This document shows, piece by piece, positions 11,860 through 21,326 of a stretch of DNA of 64,000 bases. This DNA is from Bradymonadia bacterium. GTDB lineage: Bacteria; Myxococcota_A; Bradymonadia; UBA7976; UBA1532. The notes below the pieces were generated by a model, which saw only the letters and a list, made by a program, of their open reading frames with translations, made no database searches and was not told where the DNA came from. Position 1 is the stretch's first letter. The number at the start of each line of letters is the position of its first letter. A program made the translations under genes and the position numbers. Location: assembly GCA_046290225.1 (NCBI GenBank), contig JBKAGE010000005.1:12844-76843 (forward strand), given 5' to 3'.

Positions 11860-12001
11860 GGGTAAAGATTACAGTGCCAGTGGAGGGTTGTGTGTCGCAA
11901 ACCGGTGAAGGAGACTTAAAGCATCGATCGCCACCATCCTCACCGGCCTGGCCCTGTGTCGGCATGTGCCGGCCTCATCGTGTAGAGCGAGCACCAAACC
12001 C

Positions 12002-12988
12002 ATGTGGACCTTCGACGAGCTCGATCCTCAAATCGACGACATCCGCGAGCGGATCCTGACCCACGGCAAGCGGCTCGGTGACTACTTCGTCAACCGCCGT
12101 GAGGAGATCGAACTCGCGGTGTTGTGCACAGCCGCTCAGGAGCCTCTGCTCTTCGTGGGGGCGCCAGGTACGGCGAAGAGCGATTTGGTGGTGAAGTTCG
12201 TGGAGAGTACGGGCCTCGACAAGGCGTCGTACTTCGAATACATGCTCACCAAGTTCACCGAGCCCAGCGAGATCCTGGGGCCCATCGATCTCGAGCAGCT
12301 CAAGACCGGGCGATTCACCCGCCGGACTTCGGGCATGTTGCCCGAGGGCGTGGTGGTGTTCCTCGACGAGATCTTCAAGTCGAACAGCGCCATCTTGAAC
12401 ACCCTGCTCACCATCTTGAACGAGCGGAAGTTCTATCAAGACGGCGCCCCGACACCGGTGGCCCTGAAGATGCTCTTCGCCGCCACCAACGAGATCCCCG
12501 AGCAGACCGAGCTCGAAGCCCTCGCAGATCGCTTCGTCATCAAGATCGAGACGCTGCCGGTGAAGGACACGCACTTTGAGGCCCTCATCGAGGCGGGCAT
12601 GCGCAACGAAGGCTGGAAGGCCACTGGTCAGCGTCCGTGGGTCGACGGCACGGCGAGCCTCGAGGATTACTTCAAGTTCAAGCGCTACATGGATCTGATG
12701 TTCTCCGGGGTGAACGGCGGCTCGGAGACCTTCGAGCGCTGGTTCCCGCGATCGCTCCGAGCGGAGTTCCGCCGCGTGATCCGAGCCCTCGAGGCGGAGG
12801 ACAAGGTCTACATCAGCGATCGCAAAGTGGTGAAGCTCTACAAGCTCATCTGCACCCGGGCCTTCTTGTTCCACGGCGGCGCGGTCCAGCGAGACGATCT
12901 GCGCCTGCTCTGTTACGTGGGTAACAAGCGACACGAGCTCGCCCCAGTGGCGGCGAAGGTGAAGGCGCTCCTGGGCCTCGACGCCTGA
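12002..12988 (+). CDS. MoxR/RavA-family AAA+ ATPase
   Basis: Walker A GAPGTAKS, Walker B VVFLDEIFKSNSAILNTLL, AATNE, ALADRF, ISDRK. Confidence 0.92.
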   Translation: MWTFDELDPQIDDIRERILTHGKRLGDYFVNRREEIELAVLCTAAQEPLLFVGAPGTAKSDLVVKFVESTGLDKASYFEYMLTKFTEPSEILGPIDLEQLKTGRFTRRTSGMLPEGVVVFLDEIFKSNSAILNTLLTILNERKFYQDGAPTPVALKMLFAATNEIPEQTELEALADRFVIKIETLPVKDTHFEALIEAGMRNEGWKATGQRPWVDGTASLEDYFKFKRYMDLMFSGVNGGSETFERWFPRSLRAEFRRVIRALEAEDKVYISDRKVVKLYKLICTRAFLFHGGAVQRDDLRLLCYVGNKRHELAPVAAKVKALLGLDA

Positions 12989-14449
12989 GTGATGGCTGCT
13001 CTCGACGTCAACGGGCTGTTGCCCTCCATCACTGCTGGTGCCTGGCTTGTCGGTGTCGCGGTGCCTCCGCGAGAGGGGGTGCCCGAGGCGCTGTCGTGGT
13101 TGAGGGCGCGCTGGTCCGAGGGTGATGAGCACTTGCCCTTCACCCTGGTGCACGATCTCGGACACATGCTGTTGTTGGGTCCCCATGTGCGGCTGGGCTC
13201 GAGCAGTCATCTACCGCTGTGGCCCTCAGAAGAGCGGGCCGCCCGCCTCGCCTACGAAGATCGACTGCTTTCTCAATGGCTCATCGACCCAGGGGTCTAT
13301 GTGGCCCATAGCGCCATCGCGGGGATGTCTCCAGAGTGGCGCCCCCAAGCGGTGTGTCACGCGCTGGGCCTCGCCCTGGCTCAGCCTCTGCGCGATCTCG
13401 AGGCGCTGCCCATGGGAAACGCGGCCCATGTGCGCAATCGCCATGACGTCCTCGTCGAAGGGCTGCCCGAAGGTTTCGAAGGCTGGCTTCAGCCCGATCA
13501 AACCCGGGTGCCTGATCCGGAGTGGGTGGGCTTCGTGGCCGACATCATCGAGGTGTGTGTCGAGGCCCTCTCAGGCCGCCCGCTGTTCTCCGAGACCGAT
13601 CTGTGGGAGATCGCCCATCTGCCCGATCTGCCCAGTGATTCGGCCCGCCTGGCGCTGAGGCAACTGCACCGCGCTGCAGAGCGGGTGGGGCAGGCGGGGC
13701 CCTCGGTATCGGTGCACGTGCGCCGTCGAGCGCAAGAGGCCCCCGTCGACGACGACAGCGCCGACGAGTTTCCTGCTGGGGGCTTCGACGCCATCAGCCC
13801 CCGAGGGCGCATCGAGAACCTCGTACGCAGTGAGCTGGGCTACGCTGGAGAGGCGGTGGAGATCCCCGGAGGCCAGGTCGATTTGTTCGATCTGCGCTTC
13901 TTTCAGAGCGAGCTGCTGTATTACACCCGAGACGAGAGCCCGCTCTTCGACGCCCGACGTCGTTTCACCTGTGTCATCGATCGTCCCAGCGCGCTGCGTC
14001 ATAAGGTGCAGGGCCTGCCGGCACAAACCCTGGTGATGGTGCAGGGCTTCGCGATGGCGTTGCTCGCAGATTTGATTCGTCCCGGTATGTTGGGGCCTCA
14101 AGCGGTCTCGATGGACTGGTTCTGGGTCGAGGCCGATGCGGAAGACACAGCGGTGATCGCCGAGGAGTCGCCTCTGATCCACCTGAGCCTCGCCGCCGAC
14201 GTGGCGCACCACCGCGTGCGCTTCGACAGCATCGAGGGGGTGCATGACGAGCGCTTGCCGCGATGCCCGATGTTGGTTTTTTCCCCGTTGAGGCCTCCGA
14301 AGATCAAAAATCGAGCGGGATCCCGCCGCACACTCTGGATACAGGTGGGTGAGGCGAGCTGGCGTTTGGGCGATCGACATTGGGCGGTGAAGCGGCCTGA
14401 ACAGATGAGGGCCCTGGCAGATGAGGTGCTCGTGGAGCTGATCGGTTGA
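12989..14449 (+). CDS. ViaA-like / degenerate vWA partner of the MoxR ATPase
   Basis: Abuts the ATPase stop. GGFDAISPRGRIENLVRSEL...LFDLRFFQSELLYY followed by the strand FTCVID, resembling the pre-vWA segment of ViaA-type proteins. Confidence 0.7.
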   Translation: MMAALDVNGLLPSITAGAWLVGVAVPPREGVPEALSWLRARWSEGDEHLPFTLVHDLGHMLLLGPHVRLGSSSHLPLWPSEERAARLAYEDRLLSQWLIDPGVYVAHSAIAGMSPEWRPQAVCHALGLALAQPLRDLEALPMGNAAHVRNRHDVLVEGLPEGFEGWLQPDQTRVPDPEWVGFVADIIEVCVEALSGRPLFSETDLWEIAHLPDLPSDSARLALRQLHRAAERVGQAGPSVSVHVRRRAQEAPVDDDSADEFPAGGFDAISPRGRIENLVRSELGYAGEAVEIPGGQVDLFDLRFFQSELLYYTRDESPLFDARRRFTCVIDRPSALRHKVQGLPAQTLVMVQGFAMALLADLIRPGMLGPQAVSMDWFWVEADAEDTAVIAEESPLIHLSLAADVAHHRVRFDSIEGVHDERLPRCPMLVFSPLRPPKIKNRAGSRRTLWIQVGEASWRLGDRHWAVKRPEQMRALADEVLVELIG

Positions 14450-15105
14450 GTGAAGAGAAGCATTCAACGGCGAATGGAGCAGGTGACGGGGATCGCTGGT
14501 CGATCGAGCGCGTCGCCGCAGAGCCCGAGCACACGCGGCGACGGGCCGTGGAGGCCTGGCTGGCCCAGAGCCCGACCCGCACTGCCCTGAGCACCCTCGC
14601 CGAGGCCGAGGTCGACCCTGAGGTGTGCGAGATCGTACGTGATCATCTGGTCCAGCAGGGCGTCCGGGTGCCCTGGTCTGTGGTGGCGCCCTTCCTCAAG
14701 GGAGAGCCGTGTCGCAGCCCCTGGGCGGTGCTGGTGGAGCCTCGGGCTGGCGAGCCACCGCCGTTGTGGTGGCTCATCGAGTCCGCTGCGGCCTCGAGGT
14801 CGTTGCCCTGGGGCTGGGGTCATTTCACCGCGGGTGATCGCTGGGGCGGGCTCTGGCACGTGATGGGGGCGGCCCTCGATCAGGTGCCCAGCGGTGGTCT
14901 CGAAGCAAAAGAGGCCCACACGCTGAAGAAGCTGCGCAGCAAACTCGTGAAGTGGGCAGAACAGATCCACGACGAGGACGACAGCGTCGATGGCAGCTGG
15001 GACGGCAGCTGGGAGGCGGTGCCCGACAGCCTCGGCGGCCGCAGCCCCACGGTCTGGCTCGCCCTCGTCGACGACTTGCTCGGAGAAGGCCCTGATGCGA
15101 CCTGA
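14446..15105 (+). CDS. Hypothetical protein, third gene of the MoxR operon
   Basis: 4-nt overlap with the upstream stop; 219 aa, Trp-rich. Confidence 0.65.
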   Translation: MSEEKHSTANGAGDGDRWSIERVAAEPEHTRRRAVEAWLAQSPTRTALSTLAEAEVDPEVCEIVRDHLVQQGVRVPWSVVAPFLKGEPCRSPWAVLVEPRAGEPPPLWWLIESAAASRSLPWGWGHFTAGDRWGGLWHVMGAALDQVPSGGLEAKEAHTLKKLRSKLVKWAEQIHDEDDSVDGSWDGSWEAVPDSLGGRSPTVWLALVDDLLGEGPDAT

Positions 15106-15138
15106 GGTGCATCTCTGCATCTTGGAGTCGGAGGTAAG

Positions 15139-15657
15139 ATGGACCCTGCTGTGACAGATCTCTCCGTGATGACCAAGCTCGGCGTCTGGCTCGCCGTGGC
15201 CCTCCCCGTGGCGGTGGGCATGGAGCTGTGGGCCATGTTCCTGCACGGGAAGATCTGGCACACGTGGCTGTACGGGATCCACAAGTCGCACCACGAGCCG
15301 AAGACGGGCTACTTCGAACTCAACGACGTGTTCTCGGTGATCCACGCCCCCATCGCCATGGCGATGATCCTCTATGGCTGCCTGGCGACCCCGGGGCTGA
15401 CCCGCGAGCTTCTGTTCGGCTTCGGTCTGGGCATGACGATCTTCGGCATCGGCTACATGGTGGTGCACGACGGCCTGGTGCACGGCCGGCTCCCGGTGAC
15501 GTGGCTCACGCGTTGGGCGTACTTTCGCAAGGTGCGCAACGCCCACATCGTGCATCACAAGAACGGCGGGGCGCCCTTCGGCATGTTCTTGGGGCCCCAG
15601 GAGCTGAAGTGGGCAAAGCGTAGGAGCGGACGATCCCGCCTGCGGCGCGATCTGTAG
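15139..15657 (+). CDS. crtZ: Beta-carotene hydroxylase (fatty acid hydroxylase superfamily)
   Basis: His boxes HGKIWH, HKSHH, FELNDVF, HDGLVHGR, AHIVHH. GGAGG RBS. Confidence 0.9.
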   Translation: MDPAVTDLSVMTKLGVWLAVALPVAVGMELWAMFLHGKIWHTWLYGIHKSHHEPKTGYFELNDVFSVIHAPIAMAMILYGCLATPGLTRELLFGFGLGMTIFGIGYMVVHDGLVHGRLPVTWLTRWAYFRKVRNAHIVHHKNGGAPFGMFLGPQELKWAKRRSGRSRLRRDL

Positions 15658-16044
15658 CGGACGACCCAGCAAAAGCTTTCGCTTCGCTGCGTCTGTAGCG
15701 GACGCCTGCTTCGGCTTCGCCTTGCAGAGCTGTAGCGGACGCCGAGTCTGCCTTCGGCAGCCTGAGCTGTAGCTTTTTAAGAGAGTTGGGTGTGTCTTCC
15801 TGGCTTCCCCTGCCAGTCTGGGGCTTACGCCGAAAGTGCTTTGTAATGGGCCCAACGGGTTCGCGGTAGATGAGCCCAAGTCCCCCAAAGTGATCTTCAA
15901 AAAAGCTACAGGGAATTTGCCGGAGGCAAATGAGCGCCCGCTACAGCTCTGAGCCAGCGTAGCTGGTTCAGGCGTCCGCTACAGGCTGTCGCCATCAGGC
16001 GATGACCGTCCGCTACAGGCGGCCCAAAGGGCGGCCGTCCGCTC
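15624..16044. repeat. Symmetric palindromic repeat cluster (REP/BIME-like) with 5 direct and 5 inverted units
   Basis: Left arm: GAGCGGACG at 15624; CTGTAGCGGACG at 15652, 15693 and 15730; CTGTAGCTTTTT at 15767. Reverse-complement copies: AAAAAGCTACAG at 15900; CGCCCGCTACAG at 15935; CGTCCGCTACAG at 15973 and 16007; CGTCCGCTC at 16036. A short hairpin lies between units. Confidence 0.9.
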
Positions 16045-16203
16045 GACTTAAATCGCGTCACGAACCCACAAGCATCAAGACCTACATTGCAACAGCCGTC
16101 TCAAACCCCACACTGAGGGAATAAGGGCACTGCGCCCGTCGTTCACTCGGCGGCGCCGAGGTCAGGAAGAGCGGCCTCGAGGGTGCCAAAACGAGGAGGG
16201 AAG

Positions 16204-17832
16204 ATGCGGATGAATCTCAAGACGCTGGGCACCCTCGCCCTCGCCGCGGGGGCTTGCCTGCTGTCGGCGTCCGGGGCGTGGGCCCAGGACGATGGCTCCG
16301 GAGAAGCCTGCGCGGACGTGGTGGAGATGAGCCCCACGCGCACGCTGAGGCAGTTGAGCCTCGATCTGTGGGGGCGGGTGCCCACGGCAGAGGAATATGC
16401 AGCCGTGGTGGATGCCGACTTCGACGACGAGGCGCTCGATGCCCTGGTAGGTGAGATGCTCGACGCCCCGGAGTTCGAGAACTTCGTCAACCGCTACCAC
16501 CTCGATTTGCTGTGGCCCAACATCCAGGGTCTCGAGCTGGTGAACGGTGGCATCGCCTATCTGCTGCCGGCCTCCTTTTACGAAGGAGGCATCAGCGGCG
16601 ATTACACCACCGAGCGCATGTTCTCGCTGCTCACGGGCCTCTACGCCCGTGGGGGGCTGGTGCCGTGCGCCGACGAGCCCGCAGAGTTCGACGAGAATGG
16701 CGCGCCGGTGATGGAGCCCTGGCCCGACGGCACCATGCGCGAAGGGTATGTCTGGGTAGAGCCCTATTGGGCACCCGGCACCGAGGTGAAGGTGTGTGCC
16801 CTTGAGGCCCGCGAGGCCGCCGTGGGCAACAATGGCCTCGCCTGCAACACGCTCAACGGCCTCGGCAGCGGTGGGTGCGGGTGCGGTCCGCAGCTGCAGC
16901 ATTGCATGAGCATCGACGCCGCCAACATGATCCAGCCGTCGATCCGCGGTCAGATGATGGCCATGGTGCAGGAGATCATTCAGTCAGATCGCCCCTACAC
17001 CGACGTGCTCACCGACAAGGTGGAGATGATCAACGGTCCGCTGGTGCACTACTACCGGTATCTGGCTCAGATGGCCGTGGATCCGTTCATTCAGTCGCCT
17101 CAGGTGCTCATGGAAGATCTGCCCGAGCTCGAGTTCAACGACACCGAGTGGCAGGCCGTCGATCGTCCCGAGCCCCACGCCGGTGTGCTCACCAGCATGG
17201 CCTTCTTGCTGCGGTTCCAGACCAACCGGGCCCGGGCCAACCGGTTCTACACCGCCTTCTTGTGCGAGCCCTTCCAGGCGCCGCCCGATGGCTTGCCCAG
17301 CCCCAACGACGAGTGCAGTCAGGAGCCTGATCTGCGCAAGCGCTGCGGGTGCAACTACTGTCACAGCGCCCTGGAGCCTGCTGCGGGGTACTGGGGACAG
17401 TTCGCCGAGGCGGGCACCTACTTGATGACACGTGACGAGTTCCCCATCTACTCCGCTCGATGTGCAGCCTGCGCCGAGACCGGCCAGTGCGACTTCATCT
17501 GCGAGCGCTTCTACGTGACCGAGGCGGGCCACCCCGACGAAGAGCCCTTCCTCGGGGTGCTCAAGTCGTACCAGTGGCGGGGGGAGACCGAGGCCAGCTA
17601 CGTGGAGCAGGGCCCCTCGGGCCTCGTACAGCGTGCCCTCGACAACGGCCAGCTCGCGCGCTGCGCCGTGGACAACCTCTTCAACCGGCTCTATCGCCGG
17701 CCCATGACCGACGCCGAGCGTCGCGAGCGCTTGCCGGAGCTGGCCCAGGCCTTCATCGACAGCGACTACAGCTTCAAGGCGCTGGTCCGCAGCCTGGTCA
17801 CTGACGCCGCGTACGGGAGGATGGCCCGATGA
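16204..17832 (+). CDS. Secreted DUF1585/DUF1588-like Cys-rich protein with one CxxCH motif
   Basis: Signal peptide ending AWA; LRQLSLDLWGRVPT; HAGVLTS..FL..F.TNRARAN; CNYCH; C-terminal YSFKALVRSLV. GAGGAGG RBS. Confidence 0.8.
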   Translation: MRMNLKTLGTLALAAGACLLSASGAWAQDDGSGEACADVVEMSPTRTLRQLSLDLWGRVPTAEEYAAVVDADFDDEALDALVGEMLDAPEFENFVNRYHLDLLWPNIQGLELVNGGIAYLLPASFYEGGISGDYTTERMFSLLTGLYARGGLVPCADEPAEFDENGAPVMEPWPDGTMREGYVWVEPYWAPGTEVKVCALEAREAAVGNNGLACNTLNGLGSGGCGCGPQLQHCMSIDAANMIQPSIRGQMMAMVQEIIQSDRPYTDVLTDKVEMINGPLVHYYRYLAQMAVDPFIQSPQVLMEDLPELEFNDTEWQAVDRPEPHAGVLTSMAFLLRFQTNRARANRFYTAFLCEPFQAPPDGLPSPNDECSQEPDLRKRCGCNYCHSALEPAAGYWGQFAEAGTYLMTRDEFPIYSARCAACAETGQCDFICERFYVTEAGHPDEEPFLGVLKSYQWRGETEASYVEQGPSGLVQRALDNGQLARCAVDNLFNRLYRRPMTDAERRERLPELAQAFIDSDYSFKALVRSLVTDAAYGRMAR

Positions 17833-18578
17833 AGATGTTCAACCGTACGAGCCGAGTGCTGGCCTTGGGGCTGGCCCTGAGCTTCTGGGGCTGTGGTGAT
17901 GACAACGCGGGCTCTGATGGCTCCGGGGGCGGCACCGGTGGTGTTGTCGGGGGCGCTGGTGGCGCTCAAGGTGGCGCTGGCGGAGCCGCTGGTGCCGGTG
18001 CCCAGGGTGGCGATGGGGGCAGCGGTGGTGAAGCCGGCGCCGGTGGCATGGTGCCTCAGGTGCAGCCCGCTCGGGCCGCCGGGCGCATGACCATCGAGCA
18101 GCTCGCCCGTTCTATCCCCGTGGTCACCGAGGGCATTCGTTGGGAGGAAGACTTCGGCGACGGCCCAGTGGACATGCTCCAGGTGCTCGCCCCGACCCTC
18201 GGGGTACCCGACTACTTCCTGGTCGTGGAAGAGAACCTCGAGCCCTCCCTCATCATCGCCAAGTTCATGCAAGACGCGTCGAACCGCATCTGCAGCCGGT
18301 GGGCCGAGCGCGATCGCAGCCTGGCGGTGGCGGAGCGCAGCCTCGTGGGTCACGAGGACTGGGAGAGCACCGACGCCGCCCTGGCGCAGGCCAACATCCA
18401 GGCCTTGATGCTGCGGTTCTTCGGTCGGGTGGTGCCCGCCGACGACCAGCAGCTCGCCGATCTCGTCGAGCTGTTCCAGGTGGCATCGTCCACCGCCCCT
18501 GAAGGGGCCGCCGCCCACGATGGCTGGTTGGCGGTCTGCATCGCCCTGATGACCGATCCCGAATTCGTGATTTACTGA
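17829..18578 (+). CDS. Lipoprotein associated with the DUF1501 cluster
   Basis: ATGA overlap with the upstream gene. Lipobox FWGC, Gly-rich linker, C-terminal WLAVCIALMTDPEF. Confidence 0.8.
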   Translation: MKMFNRTSRVLALGLALSFWGCGDDNAGSDGSGGGTGGVVGGAGGAQGGAGGAAGAGAQGGDGGSGGEAGAGGMVPQVQPARAAGRMTIEQLARSIPVVTEGIRWEEDFGDGPVDMLQVLAPTLGVPDYFLVVEENLEPSLIIAKFMQDASNRICSRWAERDRSLAVAERSLVGHEDWESTDAALAQANIQALMLRFFGRVVPADDQQLADLVELFQVASSTAPEGAAAHDGWLAVCIALMTDPEFVIY

Positions 18579-18590
18579 GAGGAGGCCCAC

Positions 18591-19946
18591 GTGAACCGAC
18601 GCGAATTTCTGCTTCGCAGCGGCTTGACCGCAGGGGCGTTCTCCCTGGGCGGGGCGCTGATGCCCCGGGTGGCCCGCGCCGCCGAGGTCAAAGACCGCTA
18701 CTTCGTCTTCTGCTACTTCGAGGGGGGCTGGGACGCCCTGATCTCACTCGATCCGCGTAACCCTGCGGAGTTCAACGACGGCAACATGCTCGAGACCGGC
18801 ATCCAGCCAGGCTACGATCGCTTGCCGGGTCAGTTCTCCCGACAGAACATCAATGCTGGGCCCTTCACGCTCGGCCCGTGTTGTGGCGAGCTGCCGCAAA
18901 TCGCCGACAAGTTCAGCGTGATTCGGGGCATCAACATGGCCACCCTCACCCACGAGGTGGGCCGTCGTTACTTCATCACCGGCAAAGAGCCTGCAGGCCT
19001 CAACGCCCAAGGATCGTCCATCGCCACCCTCGCCGCGAGCCAGATCGCTGGTGGCGAGACCCCTGATCGGCCCGTGCCCCACCTGGCCCACCGGGTGGAG
19101 TCGTACAACATCGATCAGCCGGCCTTTGCCACGGCGATGCCCGTGGCCGCCGTGGGCCATATGCAGTACATCCTGCAAGACACGCTGGGCATCCCCACGG
19201 GCATTCGCCCCAACGTGCGTGGCGCCCTCGGGGCGTACTGGTCGAAGCGCCGGGACTGCGCCCCTGGCCGGGGCGCCTCGGCGACGGCCATCGCCGACGC
19301 CTACCGCTCGAACCGGGCCCGGGCCCGCGACGTGGTCACCACGGCGCTCTACAGCCAGTTCCAGTTCGACGCCCCGGAGCTTGCCGGGGTGCGGGAGCAC
19401 TACGGCATCAACGCCGGCCTGCTCGAGACCCCCCGAGGCCGGGCTGCCCTGGCGAGCCAGGCGCTGCGCTCGGGCTTGTCGCGGGTGGTGAGCGTGGTTC
19501 TTGCCGATGGCCTGGACACCCACGATGGTAACTGGGCCAACGAGCAGTCCACCCGCTTGTCCGAGGGCTTCACCGCGCTGGCGCGCCTCATCACTGATCT
19601 CGATCAGACCGAGGCTCCGGGTGGTGGCGGCAGTCTGCTGAGCAAGACCACCATCGTGGCCTTCTCGGAGTTCAACCGCACCCCTCGCCTGAACGAGCGC
19701 AACGGCCGAGATCATCACCTGGGCAACTGCGCCGTCGTCGCTGGTGGTGGCATTCAGCCCGGGAAGGTGATCGGCGCCTCGAGCGATCTGGCCATGGGGC
19801 CGCTCCACATCGATCTGGCCTCGGGGCAGGCCGATGAGTCGGGCGTCTCGCTGTCGCCGACCCACGTGATGGCCACGGCGCTTCAGTCTGGTGGGCTCGA
19901 CGCCTCTGATCTGAGGATCGACGGGATCCCGGGGCTCCTGGCCTGA
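18591..19946 (+). CDS. Tat-exported DUF1501 family protein
   Basis: NRREFL Tat motif, YFEGGWD, GLDTH, FSEFNRTPRLN..GRDHH. GAGGAGG RBS. Confidence 0.88.
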   Translation: MNRREFLLRSGLTAGAFSLGGALMPRVARAAEVKDRYFVFCYFEGGWDALISLDPRNPAEFNDGNMLETGIQPGYDRLPGQFSRQNINAGPFTLGPCCGELPQIADKFSVIRGINMATLTHEVGRRYFITGKEPAGLNAQGSSIATLAASQIAGGETPDRPVPHLAHRVESYNIDQPAFATAMPVAAVGHMQYILQDTLGIPTGIRPNVRGALGAYWSKRRDCAPGRGASATAIADAYRSNRARARDVVTTALYSQFQFDAPELAGVREHYGINAGLLETPRGRAALASQALRSGLSRVVSVVLADGLDTHDGNWANEQSTRLSEGFTALARLITDLDQTEAPGGGGSLLSKTTIVAFSEFNRTPRLNERNGRDHHLGNCAVVAGGGIQPGKVIGASSDLAMGPLHIDLASGQADESGVSLSPTHVMATALQSGGLDASDLRIDGIPGLLA

Positions 19947-20606
19947 TCACCCTCTCTGAGAGAGCCCCACCATCTCGTCGAAGTGATGCACCCTGACACC
20001 TGCCCCCTCTACCCAGGGCGCTGCCGCCATGGCCTGGGCTACAGTCTCTGCCGAGATCGACTTGTAGCGCCGCAGCCCGCCCATCAGCAGCGGGTTGAAC
20101 ACCGGCGTGGCCCATTGGCCGAGGCGCTCACCTACCCGCAGCTCGGCGCGTTGCCCGAGGAGCAATCCTGGCCGGACGACGTCCACAGTGGCGAAACCAA
20201 GAGCCGAGAGACCGGCTTCTGCTTCACCTTTGGTGTGCAGGTACAGGTTGCGGCTCGTGATCTCTGCACCTGCTGAGGAGTTCAGGATGCAATGGCTGGC
20301 CCCAGCTTGCACCGCGGCCTTGCCAAAGGCGAGGACGTACTCCAGGTCGACGCGGCGAAAGGCCGCAGCGGAGCCAGCGGCTTTACGGGTGGTGCCCAGG
20401 CAGCAATAGGCATGATCCACATGCCCGTCGGGGGCCGAGTCGGGCAGGGCGTCGAAATCGGTGATGTGCACACGAAGTCTGGGGTGCTCAAGCTCGATGG
20501 GGCGTCGAGTGAGAGCCACGACGTGGGCGTAACGCGCATCTTCGAGCAGGCGTTGCAGCAACAGATTGCCCACGAGTCCCGTGGCTCCTGCGAGCCAGGC
20601 AATCAC
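19947..20606 (-). CDS. NAD(P)-binding oxidoreductase (TIP30/YraR-like atypical SDR)
   Basis: AGATGLVG, CCLGTT, FRRVD, YLHTKGEAE, RPGLLLG. Confidence 0.9.
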   Translation of the reverse strand: MIAWLAGATGLVGNLLLQRLLEDARYAHVVALTRRPIELEHPRLRVHITDFDALPDSAPDGHVDHAYCCLGTTRKAAGSAAAFRRVDLEYVLAFGKAAVQAGASHCILNSSAGAEITSRNLYLHTKGEAEAGLSALGFATVDVVRPGLLLGQRAELRVGERLGQWATPVFNPLLMGGLRRYKSISAETVAQAMAAAPWVEGAGVRVHHFDEMVGLSQRG

Positions 20607-20782
20607 GGTGACCAGCCGAAGACGGGTGTGAAGGTCGTTCGAGTCATGTCGCCTCTCGGGGGGTGCCGATACATGGCTGCAGAATGCTCGACTCGAGGGG
20701 CTGGAGACAACTGGCTCGCGTGTGGGTGTAAACGAGGCGAGCTCAAATTGACCACCCCAGCCTGATCTTCCATGGTGACCGC

Positions 20783-21313
20783 ATGCACATTGACGACATC
20801 ACCGCCCTGCACACCCGACTCATCGAAGCCCTCGCCCTCAAGGCAATCCCTCGAGCGGGGTGGCCACGGGTGGGCGTGCCCGAGCATCAGACCGAGTCGG
20901 TGGCGGCCCACAGCTGGGGGGTGGCCTGGCTCGTCATCGCGCTGTGCCCTTCAGATGTGGATCGTGGGCGGGCTCTCGCCATCGCCGTGTTGCATGATCT
21001 CGCCGAGGCCCGGGTGGGCGACATCACGCCCCACGACAATGTGCCCAAAGTCGAGAAGCATCGCCTGGAGCATGCGGCCTTCGTCGATCTCGTCTCTGCG
21101 TTGCCGCAGCGCGACGAGCTGATCGCGTTGTGGATGGAGTACGAATCGCAGAGCTCTGCCGAGGGCCGCTTCGTGAAGGCCTGCGACAAGCTCGACATGG
21201 CCTTGCAGGCCCAGCTCTATGCCCGAGATCACGACGCAGACACCAGCGAGCTGGTTCAGGCTGCGTTGGCAAAACTGACTGATCCGTTGCTCAACGCCCT
21301 TGCTGGCCGTTGA
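20783..21313 (+). CDS. HD-domain 5'-deoxynucleotidase (YfbR/HDDC2-like)
   Basis: LKAIPRAGW, ESVAAHSW, LHDLAEARVGDITP, VKACDKLDM. Confidence 0.9.
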   Translation: MHIDDITALHTRLIEALALKAIPRAGWPRVGVPEHQTESVAAHSWGVAWLVIALCPSDVDRGRALAIAVLHDLAEARVGDITPHDNVPKVEKHRLEHAAFVDLVSALPQRDELIALWMEYESQSSAEGRFVKACDKLDMALQAQLYARDHDADTSELVQAALAKLTDPLLNALAGR

Positions 21314-21326
21314 CCATACTGCTCTA

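Noticed and set aside
15624..16044. CRISPR array
   Set aside because: The units are only ~12 bp, the two halves are inverted, the linkers are hairpins, and there are no cas genes in the window.
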